The notes below the pieces were generated by a model that did no database searches, was not told where the DNA came from, and saw nothing but the letters and a program-made list of their open reading frames with translations. A program made the position numbers and the translations under genes. Shown here piece by piece: positions 11,606 through 24,187 of a DNA stretch of 63,939 nucleotides (its first letter is position 1; each line of letters starts with the position of its first letter). The DNA comes from Octopus bimaculoides (taxonomy: Eukaryota): the NCBI RefSeq assembly GCF_001194135.2, contig NC_068983.1, positions 20,311,301 through 20,375,239 of the forward strand, written 5' to 3'.

Positions 11606-13180
11606 TTTTTTTATATTTGTTTATCAGTTCCGGTCATGGATCCTACAAATTCATGTGACTCGAATAAGATTATTTCATTTCAAATTCCTTCATAAAAAGA
11701 ATGAGCGTCACAGCATCACTTTCATGTCAGTTCTGAAACCTGCAAACTAATCACAAGGAATTGATATTTTAATTTCATTAAGCTGCGGGCGGCATTGACA
11801 ATCTTGTTTTCAGTGAACCGAAACTGCAGTCTAGTTTCAAACCCTAGGTGGTCGTTCTTGATTTGCGTCGCTAATCAAAACCGATATTTATTTATTCATT
11901 TATTTATTTAATTTATATCATAATTGGTGGACAATGGCGACTCTGGTTATTGGTTTCCAACAAGCTAATCACAGGTTCACTGCATTTCTGATATACACAA
12001 CGGAAATATTCCTATCCCTATTGTCTCTTTATTCTCTCTTTCTCACTCACTCACTCTCTCTCCAATTATCTGTCTATCTCTTCCTTTATACTTTTCTCTG
12101 TTACTGTCTATTGCACTTTTATTTAGTTCATATAAACTTACGCAGACATAATCTCAGAATGCAAACATACGCCGACACATATTCATGTTGAAGCATTTCA
12201 TCTTGTGTATATGAACATTATATAGATAGATAGATAGTTAGTTTAATCTCTGTTTACAAAGAGGCATAGGTTGTTACCGAACAAACATCAACGTTCACAG
12301 CTCCTGCAAAAAAGCAAAAAATCAGCTCAGATTACATGTAAGATGGGGGCGGGGAAAAAAAAACGTCCCACGACAATCAACTGCATCCGAAAAATAATTT
12401 TTCCGCTCAACCGAGACAACAATAACAAGTTATGAAACACATATGTTCTGAAATAACTGCAGCATCAATAGACTTCCTAGCCTCAAATACTGTACTGGAA
12501 TGCGCACCGTCTACAGTATGGACATAGTTGTAAATAGTTGAAGAATTTAAAGTAATGCAGGCATATACAGAGTAATAGATACTGATGTTAGAACTATTGC
12601 ACTACACATACTGCGCTGCATCACCGCATATCTTGGTTGGCAGCAGAATCCTTAACTCGGAGAAGGTATAGCAAAAGCGGGGGAAAAAAAGACCTATTCG
12701 CTTGGATTGTTTATTTTTGTTAATTATCAGCCAATCATTGCATTGCTTGATATGCTGATGCACAACGACTATTTGTATTTTCGTTTAATTTAAATTGACA
12801 CTTTATAATTCTGAAATTATTTTAAATTCATTATGTTAATTATCCAGGCAGTTGATGCAATATCGATTGAGCAATGGGACAGCCTTCGCATTATGATTTA
12901 AAATGTCACCGAGTTCGAATTTGCTTTCATTGTTTCTAGGTTGATTAAATTGACTCCTCCGCTTTCACCATTTGTATGCTGTTTAAATTGACTCATTTGC
13001 CATTGTCCGAAATTTTCTGGCCTTGCTACAAAGAGAGAAATCATTAACATATTAAAACTAAAGGGCAGTAGATCACAATCGTTAAAGTATCTGAAAAATA
13101 CCTTGCTCTTTACGTCCTGATTTCAAATCCCGCTGAAGTCAGCTTTACTTTTAATCCTCTCAGAGTACATAAAATAATCA

Positions 13181-13392
13181 TTTCTATTAAAGGCACAAGG
13201 CCTGAAAATTTGTGGGGAGGAGATTAGTCGATTACATCGACCCCAGTACTCAACCGGTACTTAATGTATTGACCCCGAAAGGATGAAAGGTAAAGTCGAC
13301 CTCGGCGGAATTTGAACCCAGAACGTAAAGACAGACGATATACTTCTAAGCATTTCCCCTGGCGTGCTAACGATCCTGCCAGCTCGCCGCCT
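13181..13392 (-). mobile_element. SINE A, full length
   Basis: Complete head to tail. A degenerate plus-strand copy abuts it at 13078-13180. Confidence 0.9.
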
Positions 13393-14641
13393 TTCAGTAC
13401 ATAAAACAATGAACCAGTCAAGTAATGGGCTCGATGTAATCAGGACCGTCAAAATTTCAGACTTCATGTCTACGCTAGAAACAGTTATATTAAAAGTAAT
13501 GCAAGAATGTTATGGGCAGGTATGGAAGGCTCGAGAAATGCTGAATGAATTCCTTTCATAATTATCAAAAGGCGTAGGCATGGCTGTATGGTAAGAAAAC
13601 TTGCTTCTGCGCATGCGTTGGTCAATGATTTTTCTTTGCACTGCTAGGAGTCACGACGCTGTACACCAACATCGTGAATAACTGAATAAGGGAAGCACAA
13701 CTATAAGGTAAGACGTTTTTTTTTTTGTTGTTGTTGGGGGATTCAGTGGAGGTTTGTTGCTCGTGTTTATTTACTTTGTCGAACAAGAAATCTCCACTGA
13801 GTTCCGGGCATTTGTCTGCCTGTAGTTGTGCTTAGAGTCTCACTTAGCAGGGAGAAGTGCGTTTTGGAGGCGTGTCCCTTTTCCAATAATTGCAAACATT
13901 GTGCTTATTTTATACCCATGTTTTGGTGAAATTGTTGTGTGACTGATTTATGCCCTGGATTACCAAGTGGATTACCGAATTGGCTAGGAGTAACAAGACG
14001 GCCAGAAGAATAGTTTACTGTGTTTTTTAACTATTTTCCTTTCTTCTTCCTTCATTTTATTTTTTTAACTCATTGAACTTTTGTTTTTCTGTGAATGTTT
14101 CCCCCCCCCCCCAAAAAAAAAACATGGCATAAAAGATGAACAACATTGCCACTATCGCAAAGAGCTCAGGATTGAAACTATAACTATACCTGATATCAAC
14201 CCTTGAAGAGCCCCTTCGGTCAGAAATGACCATAGTATTGCACTAAGAAAGTTCGTTTTCGAAGTAGAAGTTCCGGACATAGTTGTTTGTAGAAGACCAG
14301 CAGTTGCCCATGCATACCAGTCTGATATTTTTAAATTCCACCTCCTCCCCCTCTTCAATACACTAATTTCTTTTCCAGTTGAACATACAAATATTTCGTA
14401 CTTTCCATTTTACTTCTCATTCTTCTCCACTAACTTTTATGTCTTATATTTTTATGAATCATTTATTGTTATATTTCAAATACTCTTCAAAATTTAATCA
14501 TTTTTTTTTATTACGTTGTTATCCCGATAATCTTATTTTATTCGTTATCACGATGATTTTATTCGCCTGACCCATTTCTATTCTCATATAAGATTATATG
14601 ATTTCAGTCGACCTAAAAGCATATTAATATCTACAGACTTA

Positions 14642-14852
14642 CGAGGGAGTGCTGAAAAGTTCCTGGCTTTAAGGGTATTGTGAAGGGCCTGGCTGGGGGC
14701 TCAACCTTCTGAGTTCTTTTACGGGGCTTATAAAAATTGAAGGACCGCTGCAATAATGTGTGAATCTGAGAGGGGAATATGACTAAAATCATAATTAACT
14801 GATCCTCCTGTATTTTCTTTCTCCAAGACCAGGAACTTTTCAGCACCCCTCA
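14642..14852 (+). mobile_element. Tc1/mariner-type MITE (internal-deletion derivative)
   Basis: About 25-bp TIRs cgagggagtgctgaaaagttcctgg / ccaggaacttttcagcacccctca with TA on both sides. The interior keeps mariner C-terminal codons (KLKDRCN..GEY). Confidence 0.88.
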
Positions 14853-15789
14853 TATTTGTGATTTAAAATATTTCATCTGTGACCGTCCTACTTTTCGTTG
14901 AAAAAAAAAAAAATCTGAAAAAAAAAAATGATAGTGTGATTTTTAAAGAGATTTTGTAACTATTTCTAGGACATTGAGTGTTTGCGTAGAGCAAGTAAAG
15001 TAAAACCTCTACCGCAACTGACATTTCAGTCACATTCAAATTTAAACATCGCGTTAATTAAGTTTCCCACGAACTCCAAACGCAACCAAAACCAGCTCGA
15101 ACCTTTTAAGACAAAATCGGAAATTCAATCCAATCTGCATCTGAAAATTAAAGATTTCTTCTTTTACTCAGCACATATGCACACACTATAGGTTTTTGTG
15201 CACATGATATTCNNNNNNNNNNNNNNNNNNNNNNNNNNNNNNNNNNNNNNNNNNNNNNNNNNNNNNNNNNNNNNNNNNNNNNNNNNNNNNNNNNNNNNNN
15301 NNNNNNNNNNNNNNNNNNNNNNNNNNNNNNNNNNNNNNNNNNNNNNNNNNNNNNNNNNNNNNNNNNNNNNNNNNNNNNNNNNNNNNNNNNNNNNNNNNNN
15401 NNNNNNNNNNNNNNNNNNNNNNNNNNNNNNNNNNNNNNNNNNNNNNNNNNNNNNNNNNNNNNNNNNNNNNNNNNNNNNNNNNNNNNNNNNNNNNNNNNNN
15501 NNNNNNNNNNNNNNNNNNNNNNNNNNNNNNNNNNNNNNNNNNNNNNNNNNNNNNNNNNNNNNNNNNNNNNNNNNNNNNNNNNNNNNNNNNNNNNNNNNNN
15601 NNNNNNNNNNNNNNNNNNNNNNNNNNNNNNNNNNNNNNNNNNNNNNNNNNNNNNNNNNNNNNNNNNNNNNNNNNNNNNNNNNNNNNNNNNNNNNNNNNNN
15701 NNNNNNNNNNNNNNNNNNNNNNNNNNNNNNNNNNNNNNNNNNNNNNNNNNNNNNNNNNNNNNNNNNNNNNNNNNNNNNNNNNNNNNNAT

Positions 15790-16250
15790 TATTGCATCTC
15801 CCTCACGCTCACCGCGATAAATCTCCCCCACGTCCATCTTATTACGGTGAGCTACGTATGTCTTTTGGGACGCCGTAGTTTCAAAATGTGCTAATACGTA
15901 CACGTTATGGGAACAAATAGAAAGATATATAGCATGCTGTGTAGATCGCTCGATGCATATTGTTGATATCTGAAGCTGCCCGTGTCACAAGTGTATATAG
16001 CAAGGCTCTTAGTTATTTCACATGAACGTTATTTGCATGTTGCTGAACACAAGAGAGCAATCCGCCGTCTCCATACACCAAGTCAACTCTTCATGAGATG
16101 AATGTGAATATAGAAGGAAAAGAGGGATGTAGAGGATTTCCAGTTGTCACCGTGAGCTGGACAATGTGTGTGGTGAATAGAATTGCGAATAGACCATGAC
16201 ATACTGCGTGGTAAAATAATATTAATAATCGCATTATTTCATCGTCGTCA
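15790..16250 (+). mobile_element. Possible very old Tx1-like ORF2 C-terminal remnant
   Basis: Patchy similarity only (RDK.., LWEQIERYI, LLNTRE, SWTMCV) with many stops. Confidence 0.3.
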
Positions 16251-16634
16251 TTATCACCATCGTAACATCATTATAATTAGCAAATTGTTCAAGTTGTTGA
16301 GCATGGTGAATATGACAAATGATCATTAATCATAACAGTGGTGGTGGGGGTTCTGAAGCACAAGACTATCAGTCTAGAGGGGAAGGTCATTAGTGGATAG
16401 CACTGACTACGGTACTTGACTGGTACTTTATTTTCCACGATATTCTTTTCTTGATCACGATATTTGGCTGGTACTTCATTTTCTCGACCCCGAACGAAAT
16501 AATGAGAGTCGAATCTGACTGCAACAAGACTGAAATCCAGATTGTATAGAATCGGAAACAATACCGTAAGGCATTTTGTCGGAATCTTGAACCATTCTAT
16601 CAATAGTGATGATGATGATGAAAGTAATAGCAGT

Positions 16635-17028
16635 CCTTTCTACTATAGGAACAAAGCCTGAAAAATTAGGGGAGGGGCTAGTTGATCATATCGGCCCGAG
16701 TACTCAATTGGTACTTAATTTATCGATCCTGAAAGGTTGAAAGGCAAAGTCGCCTCTGGCGGAATTTGAACCCAGAACGTAAAGACGGACGAAATGCCGC
16801 TAATAATAATAATAATCCTATATACTATAGACACAACGCCTGAAAATTTGCGGGAGGGGCTAGTTGATTACATCGACTCTAGTGCTCAACTGGCACTTAA
16901 TTTATCGACCCCAAAAAACGATGAAAGGTAATGTCGACCACAGCGAAATTTGAACTCAAAACGTAAAGACTGACAAAATGGCGCTAAGCTAATTTCCCGT
17001 GCTAACGATTCAGTCTATGCGCTGCCTT
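16635..17028 (-). mobile_element. Two head-to-tail SINE A copies (16635-16801 5'-truncated; 16816-17028)
   Basis: Joined through a (TAA)5 tail. Confidence 0.85.
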
Positions 17029-17054
17029 AAAATGATAATGAAAATAACAATATT

Positions 17055-17309
17055 ACGGGGATGTACTTGCATAGCAAGTAACCTGATCTGAGATAGTGTG
17101 CTGGAACGAAAACAATTGCAGCGTGGAAGGTGTTTATAAGCCATTTAAGAAACAAACAAAAACCGTTAGATTCACTTCATCACTTCATTCCGTCCTGCAG
17201 CACGGAATTTTGTCAGTGAACAGGTCGCGGTCTCAAAGCGACAAAAATATTTTGGCAAATTATATTTAAATGTTGAAATGAATCTAACGGTTTTTGTGTT
17301 TCTTAAATG
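17055..17309. mobile_element. Putative Penelope-like 5' foldback remnant
   Basis: Inverted repeat 17142-17179 / 17274-17309 with a hammerhead fold between the arms. Minus-strand ORF start MAYKHLPRCNCFRSSTLSQIRLLAMQVHPR (17144-17055) is homologous to the 60696 ORF start. Confidence 0.65.
17209..17259 (+). ncRNA. Type I minimal hammerhead fold with G3-C8 core variant (this copy has G12 as A)
   Basis: TTTGTCA | GTGAACA | G | GTCGC-ggtctcaaa-GCGAC | AAA | AATATT | T | TGGCAAA: 7-bp stem I, 5-bp stem II, palindromic stem III. Confidence 0.6.
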
Positions 17310-17899
17310 TGATGCAGGAACTAGCATAGTTATGAAGAAGTGCCTGGGAGTATTTTATCCGGCTCTGTTCATTTTGAGTAAAAAATCACCGTGAGATCAA
17401 CTTTGGAGTCGAGAAATTAAAATACCAGTCAATTACTATGTCTTTTGTTTTTCATCCCTGAATGTGTCGGTGTATTGTTTATTTTGCTTCAATCAGCCAC
17501 ACTGTGAAAGCGAGTACAATCCGCTATTTAAATCCTCAGATATTTTTCCTGGAAGTCTTTTCTCTGCAGACCAGCTCGCTCGCAGTGAGGATCTCCGTCT
17601 ACAGTTCGTTTGTTATGAGTTCGTGGGCAGCGCCCTACACGCGCCCAATACTCTCTAGGCCACGTGACTTCACTTCAAATTTGAGCACGGGTGACATTAC
17701 ACCGTCATGTGACCAACTCTGTCTCTGAGCAATGTGGTTGCAACGGTTGGAAATCCACCCTTGTGACTACTTATTTCCAGCTCTTCCTGCAAAGAAATAT
17801 CAGTCACATATCTTTAATATCAAAACTTACCGTTTAAGAAATGAAAATACAAATGTGATAGCTTAGTTCATAGACACACAATGTTTGAATAAAAAAGAT

Positions 17900-18230
17900 A
17901 AAAGGAAAAGACGATTGTCAGTGTCGGCACGCCTTTGTTCCCAGTTCTGCTCCATCTTTATTCTGGTGTTCGCTTAAATGGAGCACCGCCATAACGTATT
18001 TTCTATCGGTTTTGTTGTCACTTTTTATTGCGGGAAGTTGATCTATGATTGAGTTTGCAGCAGCTGATCTTCTCTGAGTGCATCCTTGAATGCTGTCTTG
18101 AACTGTGGCCAAATAACAAGGAAAGAATAATTTGATGCTGGAGACATTGTCACCATCGTTGTCGCCCTCAATGTCATCAGTGTCGCCGTCGACATCATCA
18201 TCGAAAGATTTGATATATTTTCTTGTTTAT
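17900..18230 (-). pseudogene. Probable hAT-superfamily transposase remnant
   Basis: Acidic tract DDDVDGDTDDIEGDND, a frameshifted C..AHTLQ-like segment followed by AFKDALRE, and an RWSRT motif (cf. hAT TRWNST). Many frameshifts. Confidence 0.45.
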
Positions 18231-18411
18231 TTTTGTGTCTCATCTGAAAAAAATTCATTCATTTATTTATTTATTTTCATGTCTTATTTGTCCTTCTGTG
18301 TTTCACCTGCTCTTATTTTTTAGTAACCCAGTCACCTTCTCTCTTCATACCTAGCACTATATGTCATCTATAAAACCTGTATTTGTAATAAAAAGCTGAT
18401 TATGTTCAAAC

Positions 18412-18745
18412 CTCCCTCCCTCTCTTTCTCTCCCTCTCTCTTCCTCTCCATCTCTCTCCCTTTCCCACTCTCCCTCCCTTTCTCTCTCTCTCCTTATTCT
18501 CTTTCACCCTCTCCCTCTCTCTTCCGCTCTCCCCTCTCTTTCACTCTCTCTCCATATTCTCTTTCTCTCTCTCACTCTCTCCCTTACTTTCTCCTTCCCT
18601 CTCTCTCTTTCTCCCTCTCTCACTCTCTTCTCTCTCTCCCTCACCCTCTCTCTCTCTCTCTCACTCGCCCTCTTTCTCTCTCACTTTCCCTCTCTATCTC
18701 TCACTCTTTCTCTCTCACTTTCACTCTCTCCCTCTCGTTCTCTTG
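18412..18745. repeat. CT-rich polypyrimidine low-complexity tract
   Basis: Direct reading. Confidence 0.9.
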
Positions 18746-19070
18746 CACACGCGCACACATACACTGAACTACAAGACGCCCGTACTGTCACACAGACATG
18801 CATGAACAAACATATATTAATCCAGCAGCGGGACGTTTTGGCCTTTGCCCCGCACTCCAAGCCTAACGATGTCACTGTGTTGATGTCCGGCTCGAATTTC
18901 TTTCGTTCGATATCCTTAGGGAAAAAACCAAACCAAAGATGGGTTGCCACAGAATTGACCTCTTTAGAATAAAGATTAGTAAGAGACGTTTAGTGTAGGG
19001 TTCACTGTAGCAGTTGAGAAGAGTTGAAGACAGAGAATGGGACTTGTTAATATGTAGGCTAGTATCAGGG

Positions 19071-19258
19071 TTACTCTTTTACTTGTTTCAGTCATTTGAC
19101 TGTGGCCATGCTGGAGCACCGCCTTTAGTCGAGCAAATCGACCCCAGGACTTATTCTTTGTAAGCCTAGTACTCATTCTATCGGTCTCTTTTGCCGAACC
19201 GCTAAGGTTACGGGGACGTAAACACATCAGCATCGGTTGTCAAGCGATGCTGGGTGGA
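19071..19258 (-). mobile_element. SINE B 3' half, running into a gap
   Basis: Near-consensus tail and Meta-like block. Confidence 0.9.
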
Positions 19259-19659
19259 NNNNNNNNNNNNNNNNNNNNNNNNNNNNNNNNNNNNNNNNNN
19301 NNNNNNNNNNNNNNNNNNNNNNNNNNNNNNNNNNNNNNNNNNNNNNNNNNNNNNNNNNNNNNNNNNNNNNNNNNNNNNNNNNNNNNNNNNNNNNNNNNNN
19401 NNNNNNNNNNNNNNNNNNNNNNNNNNNNNNNNNNNNNNNNNNNNNNNNNNNNNNNNNNNNNNNNNNNNNNNNNNNNNNNNNNNNNNNNNNNNNNNNNNNN
19501 NNNNNNNNNNNNNNNNNNNNNNNNNNNNNNNNNNNNNNNNNNNNNNNNNNNNNNNNNNNNNNNNNNNNNNNNNNNNNNNNNNNNNNNNNNNNNNNNNNNN
19601 NNNNNNNNNNNNNNNNNNNNNNNNNNNNNNNNNNNNNNNNNNNNNNNNNNNNNNNNNNN

Positions 19660-19699
<40 letters not shown>

Positions 19700-19759
19700 T
19701 ACATACACGTGGCTGTAATTATGTATTTATGTATGTCTGTGTGCGCGTATGTATGTTTA

Positions 19760-19799
<40 letters not shown>

Positions 19800-20746
19800 T
19801 GAAAGCTTATTTGATACACATAATTATATATATATAAATTTGTATCTCTGTGTGTTTAATCTCACATGTATGAGTATATCTTTGTATGCGTGTGTAAACG
19901 TGTGATTAGTGTATTTGAATAATATATAAATTTAGTCACATCCATTACAACACATCATACACCTATATACATGTACCAATATGTGTGTTTCTGTGTAAAT
20001 TTATATGTATATATGTGCTATGTGCATATATATGTTAATACGTGTGTGTGTGTGTGTGTGTGTGTGACTCAACACACACATACTCGCACAGATGTAAATA
20101 CATTTATGTATAAAAATGAATACGTATATGTGTCCGTGAGGATATGTGTATGGCTATATAACTATTATAATTGTTTCGGATTTCGATATTCATGAGTTTC
20201 ATGAGCGGACTGACATTTAATGTATTATACCCTGGAGGAAAAAGAATTATTATCAACATTCAATAAATTTCGCCTAAGGTTGACGTTTCAAGCAAACCTA
20301 TCTGCAGTAAACTTCTTGTATGTCACGATCAGCTAAATATTCAAAACACACGAACTTTTAAGGGAACCAAACATCTCAACACATAGCTAAAATGCGAAAT
20401 CTAAGCAACCAACCAATTATAAAAACATCTCTGAAGTGACATCTAGTGGAATCTAGCTTAACTACGATCTACGCACATCAGATAACGTTCAATAATATCC
20501 ATAGTTTTTATAACGTTCAGTACCATAATGTTTATATAAATAGAAAATTGTTGGTTTTTTTAAACTTATGCCAGCCGTATTTGAAGAAATGCGTTCCAAA
20601 TATGACCATTCTATTCATTTATTTCTAGTCAATTACGAGATGGGAATACATTAACCAGATATATCGGTTTTGTTTTGTTTTTTTTCAAGATGCTGTAGTA
20701 ATGTTTAAGAGACTATTGGCTGTTGTTTAATTTAGACCAAGAGATT

Positions 20747-21130
20747 TGTTGGCACTCCATCGCTTTACGACATCGACGGTTCCAGTTGATCCAATCAACG
20801 GAACAACCTGCTCGTGAAATTAGCGTGCAAGTGGCTGATCACTCCACAGACACGTGTACTCTTAACGTAGTTCTCGGGGATATTCAGCGTGACACAGTGT
20901 GACAAGGCTGACCCTTTGAATTACAGGCACAACAGAAACAGGAAGAAAGAATGAGAGAGAATTGTGGTGAAAGAGTACAGCAGGGTTCGCCACCACCAAC
21001 ACCTGCCGGAGCCTCGTGGAGCTTTAGGTGTCTTCGCTCAATAAACACTCACAACGCCCGGTCTGGGAAACGAAACCGCGATCCTATAACCGCGAGTCTG
21101 CTGCCCTAACCACTAGGCCATTGCGCCTCC
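20747..21130 (-). mobile_element. SINE C, full length
   Basis: TSD accaagagatt at 20736-20746 and 21134-21144. Confidence 0.93.
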
Positions 21131-22771
21131 ACCACCAAGAGATTAGGTTGAATACATTAACCAGATATGTCGGTTTTGTTTTTTGCTTTTTCAAGATGCT
21201 GTAGTAATGTTTGAGNNNNNNNNNNNNNNNNNNNNNNNNNNNNNNNNNNNNNNNNNNNNNNNNNNNNNNNNNNNNNNNNNNNNNNNNNNNNNNNNNNNNN
21301 NNNNNNNNNNNNNNNNNNNNNNNNNNNNNNNNNNNNNNNNNNNNNNNNNNNNNNNNNNNNNNNNNNNNNNNNNNNNNNNNNNNNNNNNNNNNNNNNNNNN
21401 NNNNNNNNNNNNNNNNNNNNNNNNNNNNNNNNNNNNNNNNNNNNNNNNNNNNNNNNNNNNNNNNNNNNNNNNNNNNNNNNNNNNNNNNNNNNNNNNNNNN
21501 NNNNNNNNNNNNNNNNNNNNNNNNNNNNNNNNNNNNNNNNNNNNNNNNNNNNNNNNNNNNNNNNNNNNNNNNNNNNNNNNNNNNNNNNNNNNNNNNNNNN
21601 NNNNNNNNNNNNNNNNNNNNNNNNNNNNNNNNNNNNNNNNNNNNNNNNNNNNNNNNNNNNNNNNNNNNNNNNNNNNNNNNNNNNNNNNNNNNNNNNNNNN
21701 NNNNNNNNNNNNNNNNNNNNNNNNNNNNNNNNNNNNNNNNNNNNNNNNNNNNNNNNNNNNNNNNNNNNNNNNNNNNNNNNNNNNNNNNNNNNNCCCCCCC
21801 CCCACACACACACACACAAAAGCATGTATTTTATTGGAGCTGAAAAGATTTCAAAATTTATTACTCATAGTTTCACGTAAGCGATCATCAGACAGTCGTT
21901 AATATTTAGAATAATTCTGTGATTTATAAATGCTTATAATCAGTGCAATGAGAATTATTTAGTAAGTCATCGAGTAAACATCTAAAGTCAGCGAGTAAAC
22001 ATTGGAAGCTGATTGGACTAGGCATTAAAAACTTTCAAAATAACAGGAATCAGTTGAATAAAAAAAAAAACCGATTAGCTTAACTGAAAAACATGAACAT
22101 TAAAGGCGAGTCGAAATTATATTAAAAATTAATAACTGGATGACGCAAATCGTCTATTTACGTGGAGATAGGTATTAATAAATACAGTGATGGAAAAATG
22201 TCCTTTTAGAGACGAAGAGTTGACTATGCTGTAAGGGATAATATTAATAATTCAGACAAGGACGAATGAGTGTCCTGTAAAACAAAAAGTACATGTAAAA
22301 ACTAGATAAATAATCTATGAAGAAAGTGGATGGCTGGCTGACTGGATGGATGGCTGATATATGATAGAAAAGGAGGGAGAAGGAAAAGACAAGGAAAATA
22401 AAAGAGAAAAAGTGAAAAGAAATAGAAACAAGATACTAGATGTCACAATTGTAAACATGTACTTAATGCATACGTAACTAGAAAGACAAATCCGTATTTA
22501 CTTTAGTATATTAGTGTCTGTACATAATTAATGCTCAGGTGCATTATCCGCGACTCTACCTTGGTGCCTTTGTTATTTAAATACCTTGATTCTATCGGAT
22601 CTTGATAATGATATATATATTTTCAATTTGTTTATAAGAAACTTTTAAATATGCAAATACAGCCCTTATTCTATTATGCTGACTAGTGAACCAGTTTTTC
22701 GGAGTTGCATTGAGCTGCACCGATATAATGTAGGATGAATATAATAATAATAACAATAATCCTTGGATAGA

Positions 22772-22930
22772 TTTTATGAACATTTAATGCATCGCTGCGT
22801 GCGTTTCCATAATTCACATGTCTCTTAAGATCACAGTCCGTATTGAACTTGGATCTTAATCCGTACTGTGATCTTAAAGGACAAGTGATTTTTGGAAACG
22901 TACGAGGCGATGTATTAAATGTTTATAAAT
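22772..22930. repeat. About 160-bp imperfect palindrome (foldback/MITE-like)
   Basis: catttaatgcatcg..cgtttcc..ttaagatcacagt pairs with actgtgatcttaa..ggaaacg..cgatgtattaaatg. Confidence 0.8.
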
Positions 22931-23009
22931 TATTTTATATATTGTTATTTTATATGATCATTTGCATGTATGTATATCATTCACTGTATCGACTTATTAT
23001 TGCCAAAGA

Positions 23010-23289
23010 CGCATTATTGGCTGTTGTTGTACACCACTGGTGACAATGCACTTCTGCGCATTGTTGTAGCTTTCGAATGATGCCAGTCCACTGGTGTGGC
23101 GGAACAGACCAATATTCTCCCTTAACGGAACGACAATCCGTCGCAGGTATTACATATTTACATCTGAGTAGAATAGAACAACGTGAAATAAAGTGTTCTC
23201 CTCAAGAATACAATATCTGTCTAGAAATCGAAATCACAATCTTGCGATCGTGAGTGCAACATCCTAAGCACTAGGCCACGCGCCTTCAC
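23010..23289 (-). mobile_element. SINE family E (tRNA head gtgaaggcgcgtggcctagtg, CORE-like block)
   Basis: Head and tail shared with 46703-46935. Confidence 0.7.
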
Positions 23290-24187
23290 TGTGAGATATA
23301 TATATATATATATATGTTATTTTACTCTTATTAATGTAGCCAGGCTCAGAATTGGGTCCTGGAGCAGTTAATAAACGTAGTTCCCTCCGTTCCCTCACTG
23401 GAGGGAGAGACGGAGGAAGTCGAGGAGCCTCCTCGAAGAAAGGAAAAAAAAGAAAGAAGGTGGGCAACAATGTTTGCCCACCGAAGGCTGCGGGGGACGA
23501 GGAGGACCTTCCGGTTAAGCCGGAAGTGCCACTACTCCTGTGCCCCCCCCCTACAAAAAAAAGAAAAAAGTACGGGACACGGTCGGCGCCTGATANNNNN
23601 NNNNNNNNNNNNNNNNNNNNNNNNNNNNNNNNNNNNNNNNNNNNNNNNNNNNNNNNNNNNNNNNNNNNNNNNNNNNNNNNNNNNNNNNNNNNNNNNNNNN
23701 NNNNNNNNNNNNNNNNNNNNNNNNNNNNNNNNNNNNNNNNNNNNNNNNNNNNNNNNNNNNNNNNNNNNNNNNNNNNNNNNNNNNNNNNNNNNNNNNNNNN
23801 NNNNNNNNNNNNNNNNNNNNNNNNNNNNNNNNNNNNNNNNNNNNNNNNNNNNNNNNNNNNNNNNNNNNNNNNNNNNNNNNNNNNNNNNNNNNNNNNNNNN
23901 NNNNNNNNNNNNNNNNNNNNNNNNNNNNNNNNNNNNNNNNNNNNNNNNNNNNNNNNNNNNNNNNNNNNNNNNNNNNNNNNNNNNNNNNNNNNNNNNNNNN
24001 NNNNNNNNNNNNNNNNNNNNNNNNNNNNNNNNNNNNNNNNNNNNNNNNNNNNNNNNNNNNNNNNNNNNNNNNNNNNNNNNNNNNNNNNNNNNNNNNNNNN
24101 NNNNNNNNNNNNNNNNNNNNNNNNNNNNNNNNNNNNNNNNNNNNNNNNNNNNTGTGTACTGCCCTCGTGTCTAATTTAATGAATAAA

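Noticed and set aside
18802-18972. 56-aa open frame MNKHILIQQRDVLAFAPHSKPND.. after the CT tract
   Set aside because: No recognisable homology or splice support, and the length is compatible with chance.
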